From: Dehalococcoidia bacterium | Lineage (GTDB): Bacteria > Chloroflexota > Dehalococcoidia > Bin125 | NCBI GenBank assembly: GCA_034421135.1 | Contig: DAOUKQ010000110.1 | Coordinates: 1,104-65,103, forward strand | DNA length: 64,000 nucleotides | Reading direction: 5' to 3' | Shown: positions 27,773 to 36,913 of the stretch, piece after piece | Position numbering within the stretch: the first letter of the stretch is position 1 | How the letters are laid out: the number at the start of each line of letters is the position of its first letter | Notes under the pieces: model-generated | Seen by the model: only the letters and a program-made list of their open reading frames with translations | Database searches by the model: none | What the model was told of the DNA's origin: nothing | Translations under genes and position numbers: made by a program

Positions 27773-28624
27773 ATGACGTATGAATTCATCACCGTGGAGC
27801 GGACCGGCGCGCTGGACGGCACGATTTGGATGGAATTCAATCGTCCCGAGAAGCTGAATGCGCTCACGTTTCCCATGCTCGCCGAGATGCTTGATGCGCT
27901 CTACAAGATTCGCATGGATCGCACGGCGCGCGTGCTGGTGATTACGGGCAAGGGCCGGGGATTCTGCGCCGGCATGGACCATGGCGGCGGCGCGCGAGGC
28001 ATCGATTTCTGGGACGACAATCCCGACCCGCTGGCCGGATCGCCCGCGCCTGAAGGCCACCCCGACAACGAGGGTCAGCGGCTCAACTTCCGCTACGAGA
28101 CGAAGACGTTCGCGGAGCTGCGTCGGATGGACATTCCGGTGATCGCGGGCGTCAACGGGGCTTGCGTCGGCGCGGGATTCGATATGGCTTGCCTGTCCGA
28201 CTTGTTGGTCGCCTCGAAGAACGCGCGCTACCAGGTCGCCTACGTGAAGCGCGGCCTCTACGCGGACCTCGGCGGATTCTGGGCGATTCCCAAGATCATC
28301 GGCTGGCGCAAGGCGATGGAGCTGATGTTTACCGGCCGCTTCATGAGCGCCGAGGAAGGCCACGAGGCTGGCGTCAGCAACTACCTGGTCGAGCCGGAAG
28401 ACTTCCAGGAGCAACTCCGCGAGTTCGCCCAGGAGGTCGAGAACGGACCGCCAATCGGTCAGAAGGTGGGCAAACTGATGGCCTACCGGACGGCGAATCT
28501 CGACTACGAGTCGGCGCTCGAACTCTCGGGCGGCGTGCTGCCCCTGGTGCAGAACTCATTCGACCGGATTGAAGGTGTGCAGTCGTTCGTTGAGCGCCGA
28601 GACCCGAAGTTCACCGGCTTCTAG
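27773..28624 (+). CDS. enoyl-CoA hydratase/isomerase (crotonase) family protein
   Basis: …VLVITGKGRGFCAGMD… is the oxyanion-hole motif. 283 aa. Confidence 0.85.
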   Translation: MTYEFITVERTGALDGTIWMEFNRPEKLNALTFPMLAEMLDALYKIRMDRTARVLVITGKGRGFCAGMDHGGGARGIDFWDDNPDPLAGSPAPEGHPDNEGQRLNFRYETKTFAELRRMDIPVIAGVNGACVGAGFDMACLSDLLVASKNARYQVAYVKRGLYADLGGFWAIPKIIGWRKAMELMFTGRFMSAEEGHEAGVSNYLVEPEDFQEQLREFAQEVENGPPIGQKVGKLMAYRTANLDYESALELSGGVLPLVQNSFDRIEGVQSFVERRDPKFTGF

Positions 28625-28639
28625 GTTGGGAGCTCGCTC

Positions 28640-28915
28640 ATGTGTCGAAGCATCAAGCGCCTGCGGCTGCCCGAGGGTCCGGCCGGCGCGGTTGAAGTGC
28701 GCGAGGCTGCCCGTCAGTACGTCCGTAAGGTGAGCGGAATGCAGCGACCCTCGGCGAAGAACGAAGAGGCGTTCGAACAGGCGGTCGACGAGATCGCCTT
28801 CGCGACCGCGCGATTGCTCAACCGGCTGCCGACTCTGCAACAGCGTGGATCGGAATCCGCCGTAAGCTCAACACATCCCGTCCGACAGATTCACGCGAGG
28901 CGAACCCGACGATGA
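28640..28915 (+). CDS. small conserved hypothetical protein (DUF2277-like)
   Basis: MCRSIKRLRLPEGPAGAVEVREAARQYVRKVSG… resembles the MCRNI… start of DUF2277, as far as I recall it. Stop overlaps the ACAD start (ATGA). Confidence 0.55.
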   Translation: MCRSIKRLRLPEGPAGAVEVREAARQYVRKVSGMQRPSAKNEEAFEQAVDEIAFATARLLNRLPTLQQRGSESAVSSTHPVRQIHARRTRR

Positions 28916-30078
28916 CTACATTCCAGCTCTCCGAGGCCGACCGTATGGTCCAGCACACGGCGCACGAATTCGCCAAGAGCGAGGTGCGACCCGTCGCCAT
29001 GGAGTACGACGAACGCGACGAGTACGCCTGGGATGTCGCCGAGAAAGCGGCGGCGATCGGCTTGACCGGCGTCCCGCTGGGGGGACTCTCGGCTGAGCCG
29101 GGGATCACCGCGATGATTACGGCCGAGGAGCTGAGCTGGGGCTGCGCCGGGATCGCCCTGGGCACGCAAGTGTCGGGGCTGGCGGCGACGGCGATCTCGG
29201 TGATTGGCACGCCGGAGCAGAACGAGCGCTGGATTCCCGAGTGCACCGCCGAAGACGGCAAGCTCAGGCTGGGCGCCCTGGCGCTGACCGAACCCGACGC
29301 GGGCTCGGACGCAGCCATGATCAAGACGCGGGCCACGCGCGACGGCGACGAGTATGTGCTCAACGGCACCAAGCGATTCATCACCGGCGGCGGGATCGCC
29401 GACATCACCGTCGTCTTCGCCCGCGAGTCGGACTCCGAGGGTTGGCGCGACGTCTCCGCGTTCGTCGTGCCCAAGGAGGCCGATGGGTTCTCGCAGATCA
29501 AGAAGTGGGACAAGATGGGCATCCGCGCCTCGCACACGGCCGACCTGGCCTTCGACGACGTGCGCATTCCGCTGGAGAACCGTCTCGGCGACCCCGATCC
29601 TGACTTCCGCTCCGGCGGGCGCGGCGCGCTTGGCACGCTGGCGGCGACGCGCCCGTGGATCGGCGCGTTTGCGGTCGGTCTGGCGCGAGCCGCGTTCGAG
29701 TACTCAGCCGATTATGCCCGCGAGCGCAAGACGATGAAGCGCCCACTGATCGAGCACCAGGGCGTCGGCTTCATGCTCGCCGACATGGACATCGCGATCG
29801 ACGCCGCCCGCCTGCTGACCTGGCGAGCCGGCGAGATGGCCTCCAGCAACCAGCCCTTCGATCTCGAAGAGGCGAGCAAGGCCAAGACCTTCGCCTCGGA
29901 CATGGCCATGAAGATCACCACCGACGCCGTCCAGGTCTGCGGAGGCGTCGGCTTCATGCGCGAACTCCCTCTGGAAAAGTGGATGCGAGACGCCAAGATC
30001 TTCCAGATCTTCGAGGGCGCCAACCAGATCCAGCGGATGGTGATCGCCAGGAACATCCAGGGTCGGTACTTCGCCTAG
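28912..30078 (+). CDS. acyl-CoA dehydrogenase
   Basis: 388 aa. ACAD fold motifs and the C-terminal …IFEGANQIQRMVIAR… signature. Confidence 0.9.
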   Translation: MTTFQLSEADRMVQHTAHEFAKSEVRPVAMEYDERDEYAWDVAEKAAAIGLTGVPLGGLSAEPGITAMITAEELSWGCAGIALGTQVSGLAATAISVIGTPEQNERWIPECTAEDGKLRLGALALTEPDAGSDAAMIKTRATRDGDEYVLNGTKRFITGGGIADITVVFARESDSEGWRDVSAFVVPKEADGFSQIKKWDKMGIRASHTADLAFDDVRIPLENRLGDPDPDFRSGGRGALGTLAATRPWIGAFAVGLARAAFEYSADYARERKTMKRPLIEHQGVGFMLADMDIAIDAARLLTWRAGEMASSNQPFDLEEASKAKTFASDMAMKITTDAVQVCGGVGFMRELPLEKWMRDAKIFQIFEGANQIQRMVIARNIQGRYFA

Positions 30079-30130
30079 GCGGCTGTGGGGCCTACCGGGA
30101 GAACGATTCTCGATAGCTCAAGTGAGGCCG

Positions 30131-30241
30131 CTAAAGCGCGCCGGCCCAGGCGAGAATGGTCCAGACGACCATGCCGAGGAAGCCGGCTCCGAGCAGCAGT
30201 TGGAATAGGATGAGACTCTCGGCGGGTCCTCGCTTTGGCAT
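30131..30241 (-). CDS. small membrane protein (36 aa)
   Basis: MPKRGPAESLILFQLLLGAGFLGMVVWTILAWAGAL is a single TM helix with a GGAGG RBS 7 nt upstream. Speculative. Confidence 0.35.
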   Translation of the reverse strand: MPKRGPAESLILFQLLLGAGFLGMVVWTILAWAGAL

Positions 30242-30269
30242 GGTCAACCTCCGAACGACAGGATAATCG

Positions 30270-30614
30270 ATGCTCGAGTTGGCGGTCTTTGACGACCTCG
30301 CCGAGCTGCGCGACGCAGTGTTGATCCTGGCCGGGATCGGCGCGGCGCTGGTGGCGTTCCTGTTCCTGGCGGGCGTCGTCAAGTTCTCGCTCACGGCCTA
30401 CCGAATCGTGCGGCGGCTGGAGCGGTTCCACGCGCAGCGGATCGACGGCAATGTCGCCGCCGCCGACGCGAAGCTGGCCGAGTGGCTGGAACAGGATCGC
30501 TGGTCGCCGCGCGGCATGCTGGAACTGATCCAACTGGCGTCGCAGCGCGTGCAGGAGCGGCGCAACCCGCCTCCCAAGAAGCGGCGGTTGTTTGGCCTGC
30601 TGCCCCCGGCGTAA
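30270..30614 (+). CDS. hypothetical membrane protein
   Basis: 114 aa with one hydrophobic helix (ILAGIGAALVAFLFLAGVV) and a basic C-terminal tail. It is divergent from the 36-aa ORF. Confidence 0.45.
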   Translation: MLELAVFDDLAELRDAVLILAGIGAALVAFLFLAGVVKFSLTAYRIVRRLERFHAQRIDGNVAAADAKLAEWLEQDRWSPRGMLELIQLASQRVQERRNPPPKKRRLFGLLPPA

Positions 30615-30728
30615 GATTTCACTCCATCGGAGCCGTCAATCCAGGATTTGCGCGCAAGTCATCAGCGGATGAGGCGACCGGAGCACGGTCTATTCGCAGG
30701 CGAGAGCAAGCTCACGCGCGGGTCGCCG

Positions 30729-30926
30729 TCAGGGCTTGCAGCCCATGGCGAGCATTTCCTTGCGCAGATCGTTGATCTGGTCGTAGATGCGTCGCAACTC
30801 GGGGTTCGGCCGACCCAGCGGACCCTCGCCCGGCTGCGGCGGAAGTTTGCCCGGCATATCGTCGGCGAGCTTGTTTAGCCGGGCGCGCTCGATCCGGATC
30901 TCTTCACAGCGTGCGTCGTCAGCCAT
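30729..30926 (-). CDS. hypothetical protein
   Basis: 65 aa from the internal Met (MADDARCEEIRIERARL…) with a GAGGAG RBS. Overlaps the upstream ORF by 8 nt. Confidence 0.4.
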   Translation of the reverse strand: MADDARCEEIRIERARLNKLADDMPGKLPPQPGEGPLGRPNPELRRIYDQINDLRKEMLAMGCKP

Positions 30927-31218
30927 CTCTGGTCTCCTCACTGTTTCGTTCTCGATGCGCTCGGTCCAAGGCCTCCGCCTCGACACGGGATAACGCCGCG
31001 CGAGATGTCAGCTCGAGCCCGAGTGCTGATGCCTCTCGGACAATGCGGAACAGGGACAAGTCGTCTGGCGTTTCAATCGTCAGCGACAGTCCTCCGTCGA
31101 CCTGCAGCACCTGCAACACCTGTCCGCCGGTGCGCAGCGCCAGCTCCTCGAATCGATCGATCGTTTCGGCTAGCGGTTCCGCAGCGTTCCAGCGTGCTTC
31201 GGTCAGGTAGAGCGGCAT
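30919..31218 (-). CDS. hypothetical protein
   Basis: 99-aa ORF with protein-like composition. It is upstream and co-oriented with 30729..30926. Confidence 0.4.
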   Translation of the reverse strand: MPLYLTEARWNAAEPLAETIDRFEELALRTGGQVLQVLQVDGGLSLTIETPDDLSLFRIVREASALGLELTSRAALSRVEAEALDRAHRERNSEETRDG

Positions 31219-31262
31219 GGGTCGTATCGTAATCGCAGTCGACGCGACGGAGGGAGATCACG

Positions 31263-32150
31263 ATGGAGCGCATAGGATTTATCGGTCTGGGCATCATGGG
31301 CGTGCCGATGGTGGCGAATCTGATCAAGGCCGGATTCGCTCCGACCGTCTGGAACCGGTCGCAGCCGGGCATCGACGCCTGCGTCAGCCAGGGCGCGACG
31401 GCCGCCGAGTCGCCTCAGGCTGTCGCCCAGGTGTCGGACATCCTGATCACAATCGTGACCGACTCGCCGGACGTGGAATCGGTCCTGGTGGCGCGGGATG
31501 ACGCAGCGATCCACGGCCTGGCCTCCGGGTCCGTGGTGATCGACATGTCGACGATCTCGCCCTCCGTGACCCGAGACCTGGCTGCGCAACTCGCGGAGCG
31601 CGACGTCGCCATGATCGATGCGCCCGTATCGGGCGGCGACACCGGGGCGAAAGCCGGAACCTTGTCGATCATGGTCGGCGGCGACGCTGCGGTACTCGAA
31701 CGCTGCCGTCCCGCGCTGGAGGCGATGGGCTCGACGATCACGCACTGCGGACCGATAGGCGCGGGACAGACGGTCAAGCTCTGCAACCAGGTTGCGATTG
31801 CCGGTGCGCTGCTGGGCGTCTGCGAAGCGCTCTCGCTCGCCGACAAGTCGGGCGTCGACCAGGAGCGGATGCTGGCCGCAATCTCGGCCGGCGCGGCGGG
31901 AAGCTGGCAGCTCTCGAACCTGGGGCCGAAGATCGCGGTCGAGGACTACGCGCCCGGATTCATGGTGCGGCTGATGCAGAAGGATCTCCGGCTCGCGCTT
32001 GAAGCGGGCGGCGAGGTGTTGCAGCCATTGCCCAACACGTCGCTGGTGCACCAGTTGTACTACCAACTCCAAACCTCGGGTCTGGGCGACGAAGGGACGC
32101 AAGCGCTGGCCCGGGTCGTGTCCGGGCTCGGACGCGGACTTGCAGAGTAA
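31263..32150 (+). CDS. NAD(P)-dependent oxidoreductase (3-hydroxyisobutyrate dehydrogenase family)
   Basis: GFIGLGIMGVPM Rossmann motif and the 6-PGDH-like fold. 295 aa. Confidence 0.85.
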   Translation: MERIGFIGLGIMGVPMVANLIKAGFAPTVWNRSQPGIDACVSQGATAAESPQAVAQVSDILITIVTDSPDVESVLVARDDAAIHGLASGSVVIDMSTISPSVTRDLAAQLAERDVAMIDAPVSGGDTGAKAGTLSIMVGGDAAVLERCRPALEAMGSTITHCGPIGAGQTVKLCNQVAIAGALLGVCEALSLADKSGVDQERMLAAISAGAAGSWQLSNLGPKIAVEDYAPGFMVRLMQKDLRLALEAGGEVLQPLPNTSLVHQLYYQLQTSGLGDEGTQALARVVSGLGRGLAE

Positions 32151-32162
32151 GGGCCGGTAGGC

Positions 32163-32603
32163 CTAATGCGAGTGCATCTCGCCGATCGCCTCGTCGGCGT
32201 GGGCCAGGCGTTCGGCGACGTGCTGCAGCATTGACCAGAGTACCGGCACGCTGGCGCCCTCCTGGAAGGTGTTGCGCAGAATCGAGAGGCACTCGGTGTC
32301 TGACGTTGCGACGACGGTCGCCGATCGAGGCCGGCCGAGCAGCAGCGCCATCTCGCCGAAGAAGTCGCCTTCGCCGAACGACGCCAGCAGTTGTTGGTCG
32401 TCAGTGCCGTAGCTCTGGAACACGTCCACCGATCCCTCGCGAATGATGTGCAGGGATGTGCCGAGATCGCCCTCGCGGTCGATGACGTGGCCAGACTTGT
32501 AGTTCTGGATCTGGACCCAGCCGGCGATGTTGTGCAGTTCGTCGCGGTCGACGCGCGAGAACAACGAGGTGTTGGCGAGCATGTCTTCAATCGAAACCGG
32601 CAT
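32163..32603 (-). CDS. cyclic nucleotide-binding domain protein
   Basis: 146 aa with the cNMP-binding pattern …GDFFGEMALLLGRPRSATVVA…. Confidence 0.8.
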   Translation of the reverse strand: MPVSIEDMLANTSLFSRVDRDELHNIAGWVQIQNYKSGHVIDREGDLGTSLHIIREGSVDVFQSYGTDDQQLLASFGEGDFFGEMALLLGRPRSATVVATSDTECLSILRNTFQEGASVPVLWSMLQHVAERLAHADEAIGEMHSH

Positions 32604-32781
32604 GTGAGCCTCCCAGCCCTGTGAGCTGATTCCCGACGGTCAGGCGCACTCCTCGCGCCGCCTCCCCTGCAAGATAGCGGCTAGCACGCCGGTTACGAAG
32701 CGAGCTGCGTCATTCATCCCATGCTGAGCCGGAAACGTGTGGTACAAGTTGCGAAGCGACGAGTTCGGCAACGGAGGACGG

Positions 32782-34080
32782 TCAGATGAGCGTGTTGCGG
32801 AAGTCGGGATGGGCAATCAGCCGCAGCGCATCGGCGCGTTGGCCGAGCGTCCGACCTGAGAGTTCCGCCATGCCGAACTCGGTGACAATCCGGTCGGCCA
32901 GCGTACGCGGCGTGGTCACGACCGCCTCCGGGTCGAGGCTGCGCACAATCCGCGAGATTTTGCCGCGCGCTGCCGTCGAGGGCATGGCCACGACGGAGAC
33001 GCCGCCGTTCAACATCGCGCCGGCGGCAAAGTCCGGCTGACCTCCGGGTCCGGAAATCTGGCGCGATCCGAGCGACTCGGCGTTGATCGTTCCGTCCAGC
33101 GCGACCTGGACCGCCGAGTTGATGCCGACAAAGTTGGTCTGCTGCGCGAGAATCTCGAGCGAGTGCGTGTATCCCGCCGGCGCCATGCAGACGGACTCGT
33201 TGCGGTCCAGCCAGTGGAAGAAATCTGCGCTGCCTGCGGCTTCGGTCGTCACGATCAGCTCAGGCGCGGTCGCCTTGCGAGCGCCGGTCAGCGCGCCGCT
33301 CGCGACCATCCCCATGACGCCGTCCGAGATCAATCCCGAGTGAACGCCCAGGTCGCGACGGTCGCTCAGCATTCCCATGATCGCTTCGGGCACTCCGCCG
33401 ATCCCGAATTGCAGCGTGGCTCCGTCGGTCACCAATTGCGCGACTGCCGACGCGATCTCACGCTCCAGCGGCCCCGGCTCGGCTCGGCGGAGCTCGAGCA
33501 CCGGACTGTCCATCGGCACGAGCCAGTCAAACTCCTCGCGCCGCAATTCGGCGGCACCGAAGGTGTAGGGCAGATTCCGATTGATCTGTCCGATCACCAG
33601 GGGAGTGGTGCGGACCACATCGACGATGCCGCCCACGGACGTCCCTAGCGAGTACAACCCTTCGGGACCAGGCTCCGAGACCTGGACCAGCACCGCGTCG
33701 GCCGGCATCGCGCCGTCGGGCCGGAACAGCCCCGGCACCTGCGCGTACGTCGCGGGAATGTGGTCGAGCGCTCCCGCGGCCTCAACCTTGCGCAACGGTC
33801 CGCTGGTCTGGTAGGTCAAGAAGCGGAACGGCGCGTGCGGATGGTCGAGCGGCGCGACGTGCTCGAAGAGGTTGCCCGTCGCCAGCTCCAGCTTGGACCA
33901 TCCATCCCGGATCGAGTCCAGCGCATCCAACAATCCCACCGGAGTCGCCGACATCGGAGGCACAACCACCCGCGAGCCATCGGGAATCTCCCGCAGAGCT
34001 ACCTCAGCCGTCCCCTCGCGAGTCGGTCGTGGCGCCGATCGAGGCGGCAGATAGTTCTCGAAGCTAGGTAACAGCATCAT
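32782..34080 (-). CDS. acetyl-CoA hydrolase/transferase family protein (4-hydroxybutyrate CoA-transferase-like)
   Basis: 432 aa. …SGPGGQPDF… is the conserved CoA-transferase motif of this family. Confidence 0.85.
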   Translation of the reverse strand: MMLLPSFENYLPPRSAPRPTREGTAEVALREIPDGSRVVVPPMSATPVGLLDALDSIRDGWSKLELATGNLFEHVAPLDHPHAPFRFLTYQTSGPLRKVEAAGALDHIPATYAQVPGLFRPDGAMPADAVLVQVSEPGPEGLYSLGTSVGGIVDVVRTTPLVIGQINRNLPYTFGAAELRREEFDWLVPMDSPVLELRRAEPGPLEREIASAVAQLVTDGATLQFGIGGVPEAIMGMLSDRRDLGVHSGLISDGVMGMVASGALTGARKATAPELIVTTEAAGSADFFHWLDRNESVCMAPAGYTHSLEILAQQTNFVGINSAVQVALDGTINAESLGSRQISGPGGQPDFAAGAMLNGGVSVVAMPSTAARGKISRIVRSLDPEAVVTTPRTLADRIVTEFGMAELSGRTLGQRADALRLIAHPDFRNTLI

Positions 34081-35194
34081 TCGTATCTGCTAACAGCCGG
34101 ATTTCACGTGGATTCCTTAGCTCATGCCTTCTCCCCAAGTGGTACACATCGGCTGTCAGGCTCACTCTCACTTGCTTTTGAAACGCCTCGATCACGGTGT
34201 CATAGTCTGGCTGTTCGAATGTCACTGCGAGTGTCTCCGGCAGATCAGTCCGCTCAGGCACGATATGTGCAAGACCGTCGGCATCTTCAGGCCGACGTTT
34301 GAGGAGCACTACGTCGCCGGTGATCTCCTCGCCGAGCAGTGGCGCCCGGCTACGCAGATACACCCGCGCATCGTTCAAGACATCTGCGGTCTCCTGGCGG
34401 AATCGATACTGGGTGGCTGGCGAATCACTCGGATGGATCGGGGCCCAAGCAAGATCGATCCTCACATCGCTATGCTCAGCCAATTGAGCGATTGCTCCGC
34501 AGAGGTTGGCACTAACGCCGAATGACTCGGATTCGTCGAATGCGCTGAGTCCTCCTTCTTTCATTGCTGTAGAAACTGCAAGTTCGGTCGTCTTTAGCCC
34601 TTGATCCAGTTTCCGCGTAACTCGCCTCGCGAAAGGAAGCATCGGAACCAAGCTTCCTTGGAGTTTTGGAGGAACGGGCGAGTGGACGATTAGCGCAAAG
34701 TCATCGAAGTAACTGGGTAGCGTGGAAACAGTCTCTAGGTAATCGGAGACTCTTTTCGGAACTCGACCGCTGAAGGCAGGACTTGGACGCTCAACCGACC
34801 TGCCAGCGCTCATTAGAAGGTCGTAGGCGCTAGATGCGAGATCCATGGCTCCGTGCAGCGAGATTACGTCTTCAGCGCTGCGCGAGCCTGAAGAGAAACG
34901 CACGGTATCCGATCCTGCTGAGACAAGGCGGTGAAACGCCTCGAGTTCTGAGACTTCCTCTGTCTGGGACAAGACCCGGAGCGTTTCAAACATGTTTCGC
35001 GCATAGCCTGCGCCCGCGTCGCGTTGAGGAACCAAAATCTCCCAATGACGACCCTCGACTTCCTTTCCGAAAATCCAGGCGCGCTGTCTCCAGTTGCCCT
35101 CTTCTGTCCACCCTCGAGATTTGAGGTGCGCAAGGACGTTCGCGGAAGGAATCGAAGCCAATGCTGCTGGGTCCCGGATCTCAACTCTCATCAC
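34064..35194 (-). CDS. hypothetical protein, 376 aa, no recognisable motifs (low-GC island gene B)
   Basis: Start ATG overlaps the stop of the upstream DUF4365-like gene (ATGA at 35191-35194). GC is about 50% against ~67% in the flanks. Confidence 0.6.
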   Translation of the reverse strand: MMRVEIRDPAALASIPSANVLAHLKSRGWTEEGNWRQRAWIFGKEVEGRHWEILVPQRDAGAGYARNMFETLRVLSQTEEVSELEAFHRLVSAGSDTVRFSSGSRSAEDVISLHGAMDLASSAYDLLMSAGRSVERPSPAFSGRVPKRVSDYLETVSTLPSYFDDFALIVHSPVPPKLQGSLVPMLPFARRVTRKLDQGLKTTELAVSTAMKEGGLSAFDESESFGVSANLCGAIAQLAEHSDVRIDLAWAPIHPSDSPATQYRFRQETADVLNDARVYLRSRAPLLGEEITGDVVLLKRRPEDADGLAHIVPERTDLPETLAVTFEQPDYDTVIEAFQKQVRVSLTADVYHLGRRHELRNPREIRLLADTNDAVT

Positions 35195-35673
35195 AGCAGT
35201 CCTTGTTGGGCTTGACTCATCAGGCTGTTTAGCCCCTCCTTGTCAAACACATTAGACAATGGGAGGACGACCGTGCGCGTGAATCGATTCTCAGTGGGTG
35301 GCTCCCCCTGGAGCGGCAGATAGTACGCGCAGTGTCTCAGACAGAGCTCACTCTCGGATTGAGACAGCCAATCGGACTCATGTTGCGGCAAGAGGACCAC
35401 CACAAGGATTGAGGGTGCCAGTTCCTCAGGATCACGCAGATCGTTGAAGTTGTCCCTATCAAGAGGAAAATGGATGCCGTCTTGATGCACCAGATCGCGC
35501 GTTGTCGACTTCGCTTGGAAATTGATCAACGGCGTCTGTCTACCCAACGGTCGAATCGTGCCATCAATGCTCTTGTCATCTGCGTCCCAATGCCCTATCT
35601 GGTAGCCGGCCTCTGCAGCGACGGCACGCACATAGGCAATCGAGAACAGCTCGTTTCGCGTGTAGGTGGGCAT
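35191..35673 (-). CDS. DUF4365-like predicted nuclease (low-GC island gene A)
   Basis: Trimmed to MPTYTRNELFSIAYVRAVAAEAGYQIGHWDADDKSIDGTIRP…LINFQAKST. It fits the DUF4365 N-terminal pattern (…T.N..E..S…GW…D.GIDG.I……Q.KST), which is restriction-endonuclease-like. Confidence 0.6.
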   Translation of the reverse strand: MPTYTRNELFSIAYVRAVAAEAGYQIGHWDADDKSIDGTIRPLGRQTPLINFQAKSTTRDLVHQDGIHFPLDRDNFNDLRDPEELAPSILVVVLLPQHESDWLSQSESELCLRHCAYYLPLQGEPPTENRFTRTVVLPLSNVFDKEGLNSLMSQAQQGLL

Positions 35674-35797
35674 TTCCAAGAACGTCCGATTCCAAGTCGT
35701 CCGTGAGATTGGTAACCCTTTACGCCTGGCAGCCAAGCGCGCCGCCCGACTGGTCGGGCGGCGCGCTTCATTGTCGCCGCTTGCGGCGATGGATGGG

Positions 35798-36913
35798 TTA
35801 TGGCTGCGAGATGTCGAGCACGCCTCGGGCAACTTCGCCGGCTTGCATGGCGGCGAAAGCCTCGTTGATCTGGCCGAGCTCGAAGCGCTTCGAGACCAGG
35901 CCGGACAGGTCGAGCTTGCCCTGGCGGTAGAGGTCGAGCAGCTTCGGCATGTGCTCGCGGAAGCGGGTCGAGCCGTACATGCAGCCGATCGCCTTCTTCT
36001 CTTGCAGGAACTCGGGACCGGGGAAGCTGACCTCGGAGCCGAGCGGCATCATCCCGACGATGCAGGCGGTCCCACCGGCGCGGACCATGTCCCAGGCCTG
36101 TCGCGCGGCGTTGACGTTGCCGATCGCTTCAAATGCGATTTCGACACCGACGCCGCTGGTCAGTTCCTGCACGGCCTCGACCGCGTCGACCTCGGCGGCG
36201 TTGATGCGGTCGGTCGCGCCGAACTGTTCAGCCATGTCGAGTTTGTTGTCGAGGATGTCGACCGCGATGATCCGGCTGGCGCCGGCAATGCGGCAACCCT
36301 GGATCACGTTGAGGCCGACGCCGCCGCAGCCAATCACGGCGACGATCGAGCCGCCCGGCACCTTGGCCGTGTAGAGCGCGGCGCCGACGCCGGTCATCAC
36401 GCCGCAGCCGACCAGCGCGGCCTCAGCCGGGGGAATGTCCTCGGGAATCTTGAGTACGCCCGACTGGGTGGTGAGCATGTACTCGCCGAACGATCCGACC
36501 GAAGCCATCTGCACGACCGGACGGCCGTCCCAGTTGAGGCGGTCACGCGCGAGCGCGGCGTCGTTCGGAGCGGGGCACAGGTTCGGCTCGCCGCGCAGGC
36601 ACCAGTAGCAGTCGCCGCAGAAGGGGCGGAAGGACATGATCACGTTGTCGCCGGGCTGGACGTAGGTGACGTCGTCGCCGACCGTCTCGACCACGCCGGC
36701 CGCCTCGTGTCCGAGGACTGCCGGCAGACCGCCGAAGGCCGCCGCCCACTTGCCGTCGACGAAGTGGAGGTCGCTGTGGCAGACGCCCGAGGTCGTCGTG
36801 CGGACCAGCACCTCGCCCGGTTGCGGGTCGCGGACGTTGATGTCGTGCACCTCAAGTACGGAACGGTCGCCGTCCTTGTCCTGATTGGCAGGATCGAAAA
36901 TGGCAGCCTTCAT
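35798..36913 (-). CDS. zinc-dependent alcohol dehydrogenase (MDR family)
   Basis: Trimmed to MKAAIF…. GVCHSDLH, GHEAAGVV and GCGGVG are the MDR motifs. Confidence 0.85.
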   Translation of the reverse strand: MKAAIFDPANQDKDGDRSVLEVHDINVRDPQPGEVLVRTTTSGVCHSDLHFVDGKWAAAFGGLPAVLGHEAAGVVETVGDDVTYVQPGDNVIMSFRPFCGDCYWCLRGEPNLCPAPNDAALARDRLNWDGRPVVQMASVGSFGEYMLTTQSGVLKIPEDIPPAEAALVGCGVMTGVGAALYTAKVPGGSIVAVIGCGGVGLNVIQGCRIAGASRIIAVDILDNKLDMAEQFGATDRINAAEVDAVEAVQELTSGVGVEIAFEAIGNVNAARQAWDMVRAGGTACIVGMMPLGSEVSFPGPEFLQEKKAIGCMYGSTRFREHMPKLLDLYRQGKLDLSGLVSKRFELGQINEAFAAMQAGEVARGVLDISQP

